Program-made: the position numbers and the translations under genes
Part shown: piece by piece, positions 1 through 11,027 of the stretch
Layout: the number at the start of each line of letters is the position of its first letter
Position numbering within the stretch: the stretch's first letter is position 1
The notes under the pieces: model-generated
Databases searched by the model: none
What the model was told of the DNA's origin: nothing
The model's input: the letters and a program-made list of their open reading frames with translations, nothing else
Source: Bulleidia sp.
GTDB taxonomy: Bacteria; Bacillota_I; Bacilli_A; Erysipelotrichales; Erysipelotrichaceae
NCBI GenBank assembly: GCA_016293365.1
Contig: JAEDEK010000001.1
Coordinates: 1-56,069, forward strand
DNA length: 56,069 nucleotides
Direction: 5' to 3'

Positions 1-327
1 ATCCATTTTGGTAACTTTTTTGTGTTTGTTCATAAAACACTTTATTGTGCATTCATCACAGGAAAGGAAGCATATATGGGATTCAGAAAAGAGTTTTAAT
101 GGAGCGGAAATGGTGTCTGTTTCCATTCTGGTGAATCTGATTGCGATGACAATCAGGAAGTACCAGTATGAGCTTGTCAACAAAACCGGTCAAACAATAT
201 ATGTGCTGATAGTGCATATATTGTTCTTCAAGGAAAATGTCACATGGACATAAACAGCCGTAAATGGTGCTGACATGTAAAAGAAGATCTGTTTTTCAAC
301 CTTATTATATATACAATCTGATATATC

Positions 328-355
328 AAAAAACAGCACTCTTTACGAGTGCTGT
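328..355 (-). terminator. Intrinsic terminator of cspA
   Basis: On the minus strand ACAGCACT-7nt-AGTGCTGT followed by a T run, just downstream of the cspA stop. Confidence 0.8.
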
Positions 356-381
356 GTGGTTAGAAGCCTGATTTGAAAGTA

Positions 382-582
382 TCAGTTCTTTGAAACATTT
401 GAAGCCTGAGGACCGCGATTGGATTCCTTCACTTCAAATGTAACGGAATCCCCTTCTTCCAGAGTTCTGAATCCATCACACTGAATTGCAGAATAATGTA
501 CAAATACATCTTTTCCTTCTTCTGTGGTAATGAACCCATAACCCTTTTCGGCATTAAACCACTTGACCTTGCCTGTTGCCAT
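382..582 (-). CDS. cspA: Cold-shock protein (CSD family)
   Basis: 66 aa; [15 protein letters not shown] (RNP1) and DVFVHYSAI (RNP2); SD AAGGAG upstream. Confidence 0.97.
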   Translation of the reverse strand: MATGKVKWFNAEKGYGFITTEEGKDVFVHYSAIQCDGFRTLEEGDSVTFEVKESNRGPQASNVSKN

Positions 583-920
583 TATGATGATCTCCTTTTT
601 CTAAGTTGTATCCACAATTAAAACAATGGGGACTTTAATATGTATACACCATTATGATATTCGGAAGGATAAAAAAAAACAAGAAAAATGTCATAAATTG
701 CATACTGATTGTTACATTTTGTGTAACAACATCCTATTTTTATAATTTGCAGTTGATGTATCAATATTCATATATATGGTGAAAAAGGATGATTCGGGGA
801 TTTTCTGCTCCAATGCACCATTTTTGTATTTCCAAAGATGAAATTCATCCGTATAATGTTAACAGCGTAAAACATGGATTTCCCTATATATTATATGGAA
901 ATCAGAACAGGAGGCACCAT

Positions 921-2864
921 ATGAGTGAAAACAAGGGACCGTATTATATTACAACGGCGATTGCATACACATCCGGAAAGCCTCATATCGGAAACGTATA
1001 TGAGATTGTTCTGGCAGACAGCATTGCCCGTTATAAAAGAATGGTAGGTTATGATGTCCGTTTCCAGACAGGTACAGACGAGCATGGCCAGAAAGTCGAA
1101 GAAAAAGCAAAGGCTGCAGGCAAAACACCGAAGCAGTTTGTTGATGATGTATCTGAAATCATCAAGGGTCAGTTTGACTGCATGAACATTGATTATGACA
1201 AGTTCATTCGTACAACGGATGAATACCATGAAAAGCAGGTTCAGAAGATCTTCAGAAAGCTGTACGATCAGGGTGATATCTATAAGGGACACTATGATGG
1301 TCTGTATTGTCAGGAATGTGAAGCATTCTACACACCATCCCAGATTACAGAAGATGGAAAGTGTCCGGTATGTGGCGGTGAACTGAAGCCGATGCAGGAA
1401 GAAGCTTATTTCTTCAGAATGTCCAGATATGCAGACCGTCTGATGCAGTATATCCAGGAACATCCTCATTTCATCCAGCCGGAGAGCCGTAAGAATGAAA
1501 TGATCAATAACTTCCTCAAGCCTGGATTACAGGATCTGTGTGTATCCCGTACATCCTTCAAGTGGGGTATTCCGGTAGACTTTGATCCAAAGCATGTCGT
1601 CTATGTATGGATTGATGCTCTGACAAACTATATTACCGGTCTTGGCTATGACTGTGATGGAAATCATGATCCATTATATGAAAAGTACTGGCCTGCAGAT
1701 CTGCACCTGATTGGTAAGGATATTGTCAGATTCCATACAATTTACTGGCCGATCATGCTGATGGCACTGGATGTACCACTTCCAAAGCAGATCTTCGGTC
1801 ATCCATGGCTGCTGACAGGTGACTCCAAGATGTCCAAATCCAAGGGTAATGTCATCTATGCAGATGATCTGGTATCTCTTTTCGGTGTGGATGCAGTACG
1901 TTATATCATGATTCATGAAATGCCGTTTGCACAGGATGGTCATATCACATATGATCTGATCATTGAAAGAATCAATTCTGATCTGGCTAACAATCTTGGT
2001 AATCTGGTTAACCGTACACTGTCCATGCAGAACAAGTACTTCAATGGCCTGCTGGCAAATCCACATGTGGATGCACCGGTGGATGAAGATCTCAAGCGTG
2101 TTGTATCTGAAACCGTCAGAAAGGTGGATGAAAACATGGATACACTGCATGTGGCAGATGCTGTTCAGAATATTCTGGATCTGTTCTCCCGCTGCAACAA
2201 GTATATCGATGAAACAGAACCATGGAAACTGGCAAAGGATCCTGATCAGAGCGGCAGACTTGCTACTGTACTGTATAACCTGCTGGAATCCGTACGTATT
2301 GCAGCTGTTCTGTTACGACCATATCTGACAGATACAAGTGCGAAGATTCTTGCTTCTTTGAATACAGAACATACTTCCTATGATTCCGTATTCACATTCG
2401 GACTTCTGGAAGAAGGTAACCGTATCACAGAAAAGCCTGAAATCCTCTTTGCAAGACTGAATGAGAAGGAAGTCATGGAAAAGGTAAATGCAATCCAGGA
2501 TGAGCAGAAGAAAGCTGCGAAAAAAGCACAGGAAACAAAACCTGTTATAGAAATCGGTGATTTTGAAAAGCTGGATCTGAGAGTCGGTAAGGTTGTATCC
2601 TGTCAGAAACATCCTTCTGCAGACAAGCTGCTTGTACTGCAGGTAGACCTTGGTGAAGAAAGCCCACGTCAGATCGTATCCGGACTGGCACAGTGCTACA
2701 CACCTGGTCAGGTGATCGGAAAGAATGTAGTTGTTATTGCCAACCTCAAGAGCACAACACTCAGAGGTGTGGAATCCAACGGTATGCTTCTTGCCGGTAA
2801 ACAGGGTAAGGATATTGAACTGGTTGAAGTCAACGGACTTGAACCAGGATGCAGAATCTCCTGA
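921..2864 (+). CDS. metG: Methionine--tRNA ligase with C-terminal OB-fold tRNA-binding domain
   Basis: YYITTAI..PHIGN, GTDEHG, CxxC zinc knuckle, VWIDAL, KMSKS, C-terminal LDLRVG..GVESNGM domain; start moved from 789 to ATG 921, which follows SD AGGAGG. Confidence 0.96.
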   Translation: MSENKGPYYITTAIAYTSGKPHIGNVYEIVLADSIARYKRMVGYDVRFQTGTDEHGQKVEEKAKAAGKTPKQFVDDVSEIIKGQFDCMNIDYDKFIRTTDEYHEKQVQKIFRKLYDQGDIYKGHYDGLYCQECEAFYTPSQITEDGKCPVCGGELKPMQEEAYFFRMSRYADRLMQYIQEHPHFIQPESRKNEMINNFLKPGLQDLCVSRTSFKWGIPVDFDPKHVVYVWIDALTNYITGLGYDCDGNHDPLYEKYWPADLHLIGKDIVRFHTIYWPIMLMALDVPLPKQIFGHPWLLTGDSKMSKSKGNVIYADDLVSLFGVDAVRYIMIHEMPFAQDGHITYDLIIERINSDLANNLGNLVNRTLSMQNKYFNGLLANPHVDAPVDEDLKRVVSETVRKVDENMDTLHVADAVQNILDLFSRCNKYIDETEPWKLAKDPDQSGRLATVLYNLLESVRIAAVLLRPYLTDTSAKILASLNTEHTSYDSVFTFGLLEEGNRITEKPEILFARLNEKEVMEKVNAIQDEQKKAAKKAQETKPVIEIGDFEKLDLRVGKVVSCQKHPSADKLLVLQVDLGEESPRQIVSGLAQCYTPGQVIGKNVVVIANLKSTTLRGVESNGMLLAGKQGKDIELVEVNGLEPGCRIS

Positions 2865-2870
2865 TGATTC

Positions 2871-2905
2871 AGGGAATCGGATGATTGTATTCCGATTCCT
2901 TTTCT
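2871..2905 (+). terminator. Intrinsic terminator after metG
   Basis: AGGGAATCGGA / TCCGATTCCTT stem followed by TTCT. Confidence 0.7.
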
Positions 2906-3127
2906 GTTTGATCAGCTGATTCTGCAGGCAGGGGAAGTCCTCGTTTCCTCCCGGGAGTTTTCGATATAGAAAACATAAGATCCGATAGAGACCATTTCTA
3001 AGAAGTGAATACGGATGATATCATGTGCGGCAATTCTGTTATCCCTGCTTCTGGAACAGAACAGGAAGGTGATACAGGCAGGAAAGATCAGGATAAATGG
3101 TGTATACTAGACAAAAGGAAACAGAAG

Positions 3128-3901
3128 ATGAAGAAATATGCAATCGTAGCACGTCCGGATGAAGTATCGGAAAGACTGGAAATCCGGGCAGATCACTATC
3201 TGACATCGAATGGTTTTATTCGTGACGATGAACATCCGGATACGGTTGTTGTCATCGGCGGAGATGGCACATTTATCCTTGCGGTACACAGGTACATGCA
3301 TTGCCTCAATGAAGTCTGTTTCTTTGGGATTCACACTGGCACACTCGGGTTCTATTCCGATTATCTGGACAAGGATATTTCCGAATTTCTGCATGTTCTG
3401 ACGGATGGTACGGGACAGGAAAAACAGTTTCAGGTACTGCAGGCAAAAACATCAAAGGCCACCTATTATGCAATCAATGAGATCAGAATAGAAAATGCCG
3501 CAAGAACTCAGGTGCTGGATGTCTATGTGGATAAAAAACTGTTTGAGACCTTCCGTGGTACGGGAATGTGTGTATGCACACAGCTAGGCAGTACTGCCTA
3601 TAACAGATCACTTGGCGGTGCGGTCATTCAGGAAGGGCTTGATCTGATTGAACTTGCCGAAATATCCGGTATTCATCACTCACGCTATCGCAGTCTGGAT
3701 GCTCCGATTGTCCTGAAGGCGGAAAGTGTCATTGATCTTGCGTCTGTATCCTTTACAGGAGCACTGCTGGGAGCAGATGCAGAAGTGTTTGAACTGGATG
3801 GTGAAACCAATGTAGAAATCTCTGTCTGTAAAGACAGACAGATCCGCGTTCTGCGGGGAAGAGATATTTCCTACTTTGATCGTTTGAAGAGTTTGTTCTG
3901 A
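3128..3901 (+). CDS. nadK: NAD kinase
   Basis: GGDGT motif, GTLGFY, NE motif, GSTAYNRSLGG; start set at ATG 3128 after AAAGGA. Confidence 0.93.
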   Translation: MKKYAIVARPDEVSERLEIRADHYLTSNGFIRDDEHPDTVVVIGGDGTFILAVHRYMHCLNEVCFFGIHTGTLGFYSDYLDKDISEFLHVLTDGTGQEKQFQVLQAKTSKATYYAINEIRIENAARTQVLDVYVDKKLFETFRGTGMCVCTQLGSTAYNRSLGGAVIQEGLDLIELAEISGIHHSRYRSLDAPIVLKAESVIDLASVSFTGALLGADAEVFELDGETNVEISVCKDRQIRVLRGRDISYFDRLKSLF

Positions 3902-3910
3902 GAGGTAACT

Positions 3911-5452
3911 ATGCGAAACTGGCATTCTTTATATGAAATATTGAAATTTCCACTCCAGATGGTCATGCTCGCACTGATTCTGTGCGGGATCGGAAATCTG
4001 ATTGTTAATCCTTCCTATGGCATCTGTACATTTGTCAGCCATGATGTTCTGAAAATGACAGGACAGATTATTCAAAGAGCAGGTACGTTCCTGATTTCCA
4101 ACTTCCCGCTTGTGTTTCTGATCAATGCTGTGATCAAAAAAGGCTCCAGTGGAATTACGGTTATCTCTGCACTGTTCGGTTACGTATCATTTCTGGTTAC
4201 CACGATGGTACTGGCCCCATCCAATCTGACTACAAATGCTTACAGTTCCATCTTTGGCCTGTCCTTTACCACAAATTATGCATTTTCTTCCAGTGTGACA
4301 AAGTATCCGCTGCAGACAGGATTTGTCGGTGTGTTGATTGTTACCTTTATCACACTGTTCATGTTCGGTGTTTCCAAAAAGAAAAATGAGTATGGCTTTT
4401 TCTCCTTTATTTCCAAGGAAATGTTCTGTGTCATCGGAACGGTTGTTCTGTCTGTTCTGTGTGGTGCTGCTGTATCATTTCTTTGGCCGATGTTTATTTC
4501 TTTTATTCAGCGAATCGTAAACTTCATTGCGACAGATACGACAAATCCAGTCAATATGGCACTGTATGGAATCATGGACCGCATCATGAACATGCTGAAT
4601 CTGAGTGCACTGATCCGTCAGCCGTTCTGGTATACAATTCAGGGTGGAAGCTGGATGTCTCTGACGGGCGCTTCTGTTACGGGTGATGTCAATATCTGGA
4701 CAAGTCAGATTGCTTCTTCCAGTGTGACATCCATTTCCGGCAGGTTCATTACACCTTATTATGTTCTTAATATCTTTGCGGTACCGGGAATGCTTCTGGC
4801 TCTGTATTCCCTTTGTACAGAACCTGTGACAAAACACAGATATACAGGTGCTCTGATTGCAGGTACACTTGTTTCTCTGCTGTGCGGTACACTGCTGCCG
4901 CTGGAAATGATGCTGTTGCTGCTGTGTCCGGTACTGCTGCTGATGCATCTTGGATTGACAGGCATTCTGTTTGCAGTACTGCAGAGTCTGCATATCTATC
5001 TTGGTTATAACTGTTCTTCCACACTGATCCTCTCCGCTCTTCCAGGAACACTTCCTGAGTTTCTTTCCTATATCGGCAGCCCATCGCTTCGTCCGACACT
5101 GCTGATGATTCTGATTGCCGGAATCATTACCGCAGCCATCTATTTCCTTGTTACAAGGCTTTATTTCACAAAACTGTCCGTCGATCTGTTCCGTACGGGA
5201 GATCTGGAAAGATGTGTTGCTGCAGTGATCAAGGGTGTTGGTGGATTGGATAACATCCGGGTGACACAGGCATCATTTGATTCTCTGACAATATCCCTGT
5301 ATGATCCGACAAAACTGCGTCCATCCCGCTTCAGGAGTCTGGGTGTATTCCGTATTTACGATACCAGATCGGGATTCCGCATCAATCTTGGTGCAGGCTC
5401 AATCATGGTTAAAAATGAAATCGAAAAGCAGATCCGCTCAACGGTCAGATAA
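3911..5452 (+). CDS. Glucose-family PTS EIICB-like membrane protein with degenerate functional motifs
   Basis: Multi-TM EIIC-like region (LQTGFVG, FWYTIQGG, GRF..IFAVPG) and a C-terminal EIIB-like domain (GGLDNI); expected CxTRLR reads ASFDSL and GITEP reads GTLLP. Confidence 0.8.
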   Translation: MRNWHSLYEILKFPLQMVMLALILCGIGNLIVNPSYGICTFVSHDVLKMTGQIIQRAGTFLISNFPLVFLINAVIKKGSSGITVISALFGYVSFLVTTMVLAPSNLTTNAYSSIFGLSFTTNYAFSSSVTKYPLQTGFVGVLIVTFITLFMFGVSKKKNEYGFFSFISKEMFCVIGTVVLSVLCGAAVSFLWPMFISFIQRIVNFIATDTTNPVNMALYGIMDRIMNMLNLSALIRQPFWYTIQGGSWMSLTGASVTGDVNIWTSQIASSSVTSISGRFITPYYVLNIFAVPGMLLALYSLCTEPVTKHRYTGALIAGTLVSLLCGTLLPLEMMLLLLCPVLLLMHLGLTGILFAVLQSLHIYLGYNCSSTLILSALPGTLPEFLSYIGSPSLRPTLLMILIAGIITAAIYFLVTRLYFTKLSVDLFRTGDLERCVAAVIKGVGGLDNIRVTQASFDSLTISLYDPTKLRPSRFRSLGVFRIYDTRSGFRINLGAGSIMVKNEIEKQIRSTVR

Positions 5453-5474
5453 GATCCGGGCGGGTCTTTTTTCT
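5451..5474 (+). terminator. Intrinsic terminator after nadK-EIICB
   Basis: AAGATCCG / CGGGTCTT stem followed by a T run. Confidence 0.65.
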
Positions 5475-5496
5475 GTGCGGGACGCATATGAGACTG

Positions 5497-5505
5497 TGCT
5501 ATAAT
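5497..5505 (+). promoter_or_regulatory. Extended -10 promoter for mutS-uvrA
   Basis: TGcTATAAT about 20 nt upstream of the mutS ATG. Confidence 0.6.
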
Positions 5506-5526
5506 ATGCAGGTTACGAGGTTGTTT

Positions 5527-8058
5527 ATGGCTAAGGAAAAAACACTTTCACCAATGATGCAGCATTATGTTTCCATCAAGGAAAAATATCCGGATACACT
5601 TCTGTTTTACCGTGTTGGCGATTTCTATGAGATGTTCATGGATGATGCGGTTACCGCATCAAAGGAACTGGATCTTGTTCTGACGGGAAAGAGTGCCGGA
5701 CTGGATGAGAAAATACCGATGTGCGGTGTTCCACATCATGCTGTCAGAACCTATCTGACTCGTCTTGCCGCCAGAGGATTCAAGGTGGCGATCGTAGAAC
5801 AGGTACAGGATCCGAAAGAAGCCACGGGTCTTGTGGAAAGAGATGTCATCCGTGTGATTACACCTGGAACAGTCATGGATGAAATCACGGATGAAAAACA
5901 GTCGGTTTATCTTGCTGCGGTGGAAGACTATAAATATGGATATGCGGTTGCTCTGTGCGAAGTGAGTACAGGAGAAAACACCGTTGAGACATGCAGTCAT
6001 AAGGAGAATGCGCTGCTGCAGCTTATTTTGAAAAACAACGCAAGAGAAGTTGTTGTCCGCAGAGGATTTAATGAGCGGCTGATCCGCCGTCTGCGCGAAA
6101 TGCAGGTTGTGATTTCCTATTGTGATCATGATGAGGTTCATCCGGAATATGAACCTCTGACCGGAGAACTGGATAAAGAATATGAAAAGACATGCTATGG
6201 TCTTCTTCTGAATTATCTGGAAGCAACCCAGAAACATGCTCTGTCTCATCTGCAGACATGTCATGTGCAGGAAGAAAATGCCGTACTGTATATGGACTAC
6301 TCCACACAGGCAAATCTGGAACTTACGGTTCCACTGCATGATACCGGCAGACAGATTACCCTGTGGTCCTTTCTGGATTGCTGTAAGAGTTCCATGGGTT
6401 CCAGGCTACTGCGAAAGTGGATTGAAAAGCCATTGATTTCACAGAAAAGAATCGAAGCAAGACTGGATCGGGTAGCCTGGTTGATGCGCAGTTTCATGGT
6501 CAGAAATACAGTGCGTGAAGCACTTTCCAATGTCTATGATCTGCAGAGACTCATCGCCAGATGTGCACTCAACACTGCCAATGCAGTGGATATCCAAAGA
6601 CTGACGAAAACACTGGAACAGGTCCCGGTCATTCAGAAGAAGCTGGATCCGAATCTGTTTTCAGAAGTTGTCAGTATTGATCCCCTGCAGGATCTGTATG
6701 GAAAACTGAAGGACGCATTCTATGATGAACCTGCATTGACAACCGGTGAAGGCGGTATGTTCAGGGATGGCTATAATGAACAGCTTGACGAAGTGCGCTC
6801 CATACAGCGCCATGGAAAGGAATTCATCGCATCCCTGGAAGCAACCGAGCGTGAACGTACGGGATTCCGTACACTGAAGATCGGTTACAACAAGGTCTAT
6901 GGCTATTACATTGAGATTTCCAAGCTGCAGGCAAAGGATGTCAGAGAAGAATGGGGTTATATCCGCAAGCAGACACTCACAAATAATGAACGTTTCATCT
7001 CTCCGGAACTGAAAGAAAAGGAAGATATGATTCTGCATGCCAATGAACGGGCCATTGCGATTGAAAAACAGCTGTTTTCACAGCTGATGGATACCATCCG
7101 CTCCTGTCTGCCGAAACTGCAGAAAATCGCCACTGGACTTGCTTTGGCAGATGTATACTGTGCGCTTGCGGAAGACAGTGCAAAATACGGATATGTACGT
7201 CCTGTCTTTACAGATGGAACGGTGGATATCAAAGGTGGCAAACATCCGATTCTCGATGAACTGATGAAAGATCCGAAATATGTATCCAACAGCCTGTATC
7301 TGGATGATCAGGAAAACATCCTTCTGATCACCGGACCGAACATGGGCGGTAAATCCACATACATGCGCCAGACTGCCCTGATTGTCATCATGGCTCAGAT
7401 CGGCTGTTATGTCCCGGCTTCCTCCTGTCAGATTCCTGTATTTGACAAGATCTTTACCAGAATCGGCGCAAGCGACGATATTCTCTCCGGCCAGTCTACT
7501 TTCATGGTAGAGATGAACGAAGCCAACAGAGCTCTGCAGGAAGCAACAGATCATTCTCTGATTCTGTTTGATGAAATCGGAAGAGGTACAAGTACATATG
7601 ACGGCATGTCTTTGGCTCAGGCAATGATTGAATACATTGCTTCTGTCATTCATGCCAAGACATTATTCAGTACCCACTATCATGAACTGACTGCACTTAC
7701 GGATTCGGTTGGCTGCGTCAGAAATGTGCACGCTGCGGTCAAAGAAGAAGACAAACAGGTCACCTTCCTGTATAAGATAAAGAAAGGACCGGCAGAACAG
7801 TCCTATGGTATCAACGTTGCCAGACTTGCCGGACTGCCGGGGTCCGTACTGGAAAGGGCTGCAGACATCCAGAAAGAACTGGAATCCAAAAAAAGAGTTG
7901 TTCAGCAGTCATTCCAGCTTGTGGAGATGAAAAAGGAAGATCCTTTCAAGGAAAGCATTATCGAACAGATCCGTTCGGTATCCATAGATGATCTTTCTCC
8001 ACGTGAAGCATGGAATATGCTGAATGATCTGTATGAGGAGGTAAGGAAACATGGCTGA
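5527..8058 (+). CDS. mutS: DNA mismatch repair protein MutS (MutS1)
   Basis: SPMMQHY, RVGDFYEMF mismatch-binding motif, TGPNMGGKSTYMRQ, STFMVEM, DEIGRGTST, SYGI.VA; start set at ATG 5527 after GAGG. Confidence 0.97.
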   Translation: MAKEKTLSPMMQHYVSIKEKYPDTLLFYRVGDFYEMFMDDAVTASKELDLVLTGKSAGLDEKIPMCGVPHHAVRTYLTRLAARGFKVAIVEQVQDPKEATGLVERDVIRVITPGTVMDEITDEKQSVYLAAVEDYKYGYAVALCEVSTGENTVETCSHKENALLQLILKNNAREVVVRRGFNERLIRRLREMQVVISYCDHDEVHPEYEPLTGELDKEYEKTCYGLLLNYLEATQKHALSHLQTCHVQEENAVLYMDYSTQANLELTVPLHDTGRQITLWSFLDCCKSSMGSRLLRKWIEKPLISQKRIEARLDRVAWLMRSFMVRNTVREALSNVYDLQRLIARCALNTANAVDIQRLTKTLEQVPVIQKKLDPNLFSEVVSIDPLQDLYGKLKDAFYDEPALTTGEGGMFRDGYNEQLDEVRSIQRHGKEFIASLEATERERTGFRTLKIGYNKVYGYYIEISKLQAKDVREEWGYIRKQTLTNNERFISPELKEKEDMILHANERAIAIEKQLFSQLMDTIRSCLPKLQKIATGLALADVYCALAEDSAKYGYVRPVFTDGTVDIKGGKHPILDELMKDPKYVSNSLYLDDQENILLITGPNMGGKSTYMRQTALIVIMAQIGCYVPASSCQIPVFDKIFTRIGASDDILSGQSTFMVEMNEANRALQEATDHSLILFDEIGRGTSTYDGMSLAQAMIEYIASVIHAKTLFSTHYHELTALTDSVGCVRNVHAAVKEEDKQVTFLYKIKKGPAEQSYGINVARLAGLPGSVLERAADIQKELESKKRVVQQSFQLVEMKKEDPFKESIIEQIRSVSIDDLSPREAWNMLNDLYEEVRKHG

Positions 8059-10894
8059 TCATGATAAAATCGTGATTCGTGGTGCAAAAGAAAACAATCT
8101 GAAAAATGTTTCTCTGGAGATTCCGAGAAACAGACTTGTTGTCATGACGGGGCTATCAGGAAGTGGTAAGACTTCTCTGGCGTTTGATACGATCTATGCT
8201 GAAGGTCAAAGAAGATATGTGGAATCTCTTTCCGCCTATGCAAGACAGTTTCTGGGTGGCGTGGAAAAGCCGAATGTAGAGTCCATTGAAGGACTTTCTC
8301 CAGCGATTTCCATTGACCAGAAGACAACTTCCAATAATCCAAGATCAACCGTCGGTACAGTAACGGAAATTTATGATTATCTGCGTCTTCTCTATGGAAG
8401 AGTCGGTGTGCCATACTGTCCGAAGCATGATGTTCCAATCAGTGGACAGACCATTCCGGAAATGTGCCAGGCAATCATGGAAATGCCTGACCACTCCCGC
8501 CTGACAGTACTTGCACCGATTGTAAAAAACAGAAAAGGAACTTTTAAGGATACATTTGCCAGACTGCTGAAGGAAGGCTATATCAGAGTCAGATGTGATG
8601 GCGAAATGCGGATGCTGGAAGACGATATTGTCCTGGAAAAAAACATCCGCCACGATATTGAAGTCGTGATTGACAGAATCATCAAGACAGAGGATTCCCG
8701 CAGCCGCATCAATGATTCTCTGGAAACAGCACTACGGGTAGGGGAAGGAAGAGTCATTGTATCAGACGGCGAAAAGGAAACGATGTTCTCTTCCAGCTAT
8801 GCCTGTCCGGAATGCGGATTTTCCATTCCCAATCTTGAACCTCGTCTGTTTTCCTTCAATGCACCACTTGGGGCATGTGAAAACTGCAAGGGACTTGGTT
8901 TTACAGAAGAAGTGGATATTGATGAACTGATTCCGGATCGTGAAAAGACAATCCGCCAGGGTGCAATCCGCTACAATAAAAATATCGTCGATACGGAAAA
9001 CATCGAGTGGCAGACATTTGAAATTCTCTGCCGTCATTATGATATTTCACTGGATGTGCCGGTGTCATCGTTAAGTGAAAAGCAGATGGACATCATACTG
9101 CATGGATCAGACCGTCCGATTTCATATCAACTCAGATCATCATCCGGCAATGAATATAAACGCAACGATTATATTGAGGGAATCAAGGATCTGATTGAAC
9201 GCAGATACAGAGATACCTCTTCCAGCATGGTCAAAGACTGGCTGCATTCCTTCATGAAGGAAACGAAGTGCCCTGTATGTAAGGGAAAACGCCTGAATCC
9301 ACAGGCTCTTTCCGTACGGGTCGGGAATAAGAATATCTCCGAATTCACTGCATTGTCTGTTGTGAATGCAAAGCAGTTCATCTCCAGTTTATCGCTGGAT
9401 GTAGAAAAAGCGAAGATTGCTGATCTTGTAATTAAGGAAATCGATAACAGACTTTCATTCCTGCACAACGTCGGCCTGGATTATCTGACGCTGGACCGTC
9501 TTGCGGGTACACTGTCCGGTGGTGAGGCACAGAGAATCAGACTTGCTACCCAGATCGGATCAAGGCTTTCCGGTGTCCTGTATGTCATGGATGAGCCATC
9601 CATCGGTCTGCATCAAAGAGATAATTCCAAGTTGATTGCAACCATGAAGGATATGAGAGATCTAGGCAACTCTTTGATCGTTGTTGAACATGATGAGGAA
9701 ACCATGATGGAAAGTGACTGGATCATTGATGTCGGACCTGGAGCTGGCGTACATGGCGGTCAGATCATGGCACAGGGTACACCACAGGAAGTCATGCAGT
9801 CGGAAAACTCCATAACAGGAGCATATCTTTCCGGTAGAAAGATCATTCCATTACCGAAAAAAAGAAGAGAAGGAAATGGAAATCTGATTGAAATCAAAGG
9901 GGCATCAGAACATAATCTGAAAAACATCAACGTGAAGATTCCTCTTGGGAAACTGGTCGTCGTAACCGGTGTTTCCGGAAGCGGAAAGTCCACACTTGTC
10001 AATGATGTGTTCATGAAGGCGGTTCAGCAGAAGCTGGGCAGAGTCAGAGTATATCCAGGCAGATTCAGATCCATATCAGGACTTGAAAACATCGACAAAC
10101 TTGTTCAGATAGATCAGCAGCCGATCGGACGTACACCACGCTCCAATCCTGCAACATATACTGGAGTATTTGATGATATCCGTGATGTCTATGCAAAAAC
10201 GCCGGAAGCACGTATGAGAGGTTACGATAAGGGCAGATTCTCCTTCAATACAAAAGGGGGAAGATGTGAAGCCTGTCAGGGAGATGGTGTCAAAGTCATC
10301 CGCATGAATTTCCTGCCGGATGTCTATGTACCATGTGAAACATGTCATGGTCGAAGATACAATGACGAAACGCTTGCCTGCACATACAAAGGAAAGACCA
10401 TCTATGATGTACTGGAGATGTCAGTGGAAGAGGCACTGCAGTTTTTCTCCTCGCATCCAAAGATCCGCAACAAGCTGCAGACTTTGTATGATGTAGGTCT
10501 TGGTTATATGAAACTGGGACAGTCTTCCACCACTCTTTCCGGTGGTGAAGCACAGCGTGTCAAACTGGCAAGTGAACTGCAGAAAAGAGCTACCGGTAAA
10601 ACCGTTTATATTCTGGATGAACCTACAACAGGTCTGCATACGGATGATGTCAGAAGACTGATTGAAGTACTGCAGAGAATCGTAGACAATGGCGATACAG
10701 TGGTTGTGATTGAGCATAACCTGGATGTGATCAAATGTGCCGACTGGATTATTGATCTTGGTCCGGAAGGTGGCGATGAAGGCGGAACGGTTGTTGCTTC
10801 AGGTACACCTGAAAAAATCGCTCAGGTGAAGGAATCCTGGACAGGCCAGTATCTGGCAAAAACACTTTCCTGGACAAGGGAGAGAATGAAATAA
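8051..10894 (+). CDS. uvrA: Excinuclease ABC subunit A
   Basis: Two ABC ATPase domains ([24 protein letters not shown] twice) and zinc-finger Cys motifs; overlaps the mutS stop. Confidence 0.98.
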   Translation: MADHDKIVIRGAKENNLKNVSLEIPRNRLVVMTGLSGSGKTSLAFDTIYAEGQRRYVESLSAYARQFLGGVEKPNVESIEGLSPAISIDQKTTSNNPRSTVGTVTEIYDYLRLLYGRVGVPYCPKHDVPISGQTIPEMCQAIMEMPDHSRLTVLAPIVKNRKGTFKDTFARLLKEGYIRVRCDGEMRMLEDDIVLEKNIRHDIEVVIDRIIKTEDSRSRINDSLETALRVGEGRVIVSDGEKETMFSSSYACPECGFSIPNLEPRLFSFNAPLGACENCKGLGFTEEVDIDELIPDREKTIRQGAIRYNKNIVDTENIEWQTFEILCRHYDISLDVPVSSLSEKQMDIILHGSDRPISYQLRSSSGNEYKRNDYIEGIKDLIERRYRDTSSSMVKDWLHSFMKETKCPVCKGKRLNPQALSVRVGNKNISEFTALSVVNAKQFISSLSLDVEKAKIADLVIKEIDNRLSFLHNVGLDYLTLDRLAGTLSGGEAQRIRLATQIGSRLSGVLYVMDEPSIGLHQRDNSKLIATMKDMRDLGNSLIVVEHDEETMMESDWIIDVGPGAGVHGGQIMAQGTPQEVMQSENSITGAYLSGRKIIPLPKKRREGNGNLIEIKGASEHNLKNINVKIPLGKLVVVTGVSGSGKSTLVNDVFMKAVQQKLGRVRVYPGRFRSISGLENIDKLVQIDQQPIGRTPRSNPATYTGVFDDIRDVYAKTPEARMRGYDKGRFSFNTKGGRCEACQGDGVKVIRMNFLPDVYVPCETCHGRRYNDETLACTYKGKTIYDVLEMSVEEALQFFSSHPKIRNKLQTLYDVGLGYMKLGQSSTTLSGGEAQRVKLASELQKRATGKTVYILDEPTTGLHTDDVRRLIEVLQRIVDNGDTVVVIEHNLDVIKCADWIIDLGPEGGDEGGTVVASGTPEKIAQVKESWTGQYLAKTLSWTRERMK

Positions 10895-10898
10895 GGCA

Positions 10899-10936
10899 GA
10901 CGGGTGTTCCCTGGGTGAAATGGGCATCCGTTTTTC
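10899..10936 (+). terminator. Intrinsic terminator after uvrA
   Basis: GACGGGTGTTC / GGGCATCCGTT stem followed by a T run. Confidence 0.65.
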
Positions 10937-11009
10937 AGATGACTGTAAAAAAGAAATCATGTGATGTTTTGGGATTTACCAGAACATGCGTGAAGGAACA
11001 ACGGTTGCG

Positions 11010-11018
11010 TGGTATAAT
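11010..11018 (+). promoter_or_regulatory. Extended -10 promoter for hprK
   Basis: TGgTATAAT ending 9 nt before ATG 11028; no SD between. Confidence 0.6.
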
Positions 11019-11027
11019 TGTGCCACT

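Noticed and set aside
8..253. 81-aa plus-strand ORF at the window edge
   Set aside because: TTG start without an SD and no recognisable motif; could be a remnant or the upstream region of a gene outside the window, so it cannot be supported.
789..920. N-terminal extension of MetG in the ORF track
   Set aside because: AT-rich promoter-like sequence; the SD AGGAGG points to ATG 921. Similar over-long starts were trimmed for nadK, mutS, hprK, cysS, nusG, pepQ, pip, rpoB, marR and tmk.
583..920. Possible T-box or SAM riboswitch upstream of metG
   Set aside because: No TGGNACC T-box core, terminator or S-box helix pattern found; the region looks like divergent cspA/metG promoters.
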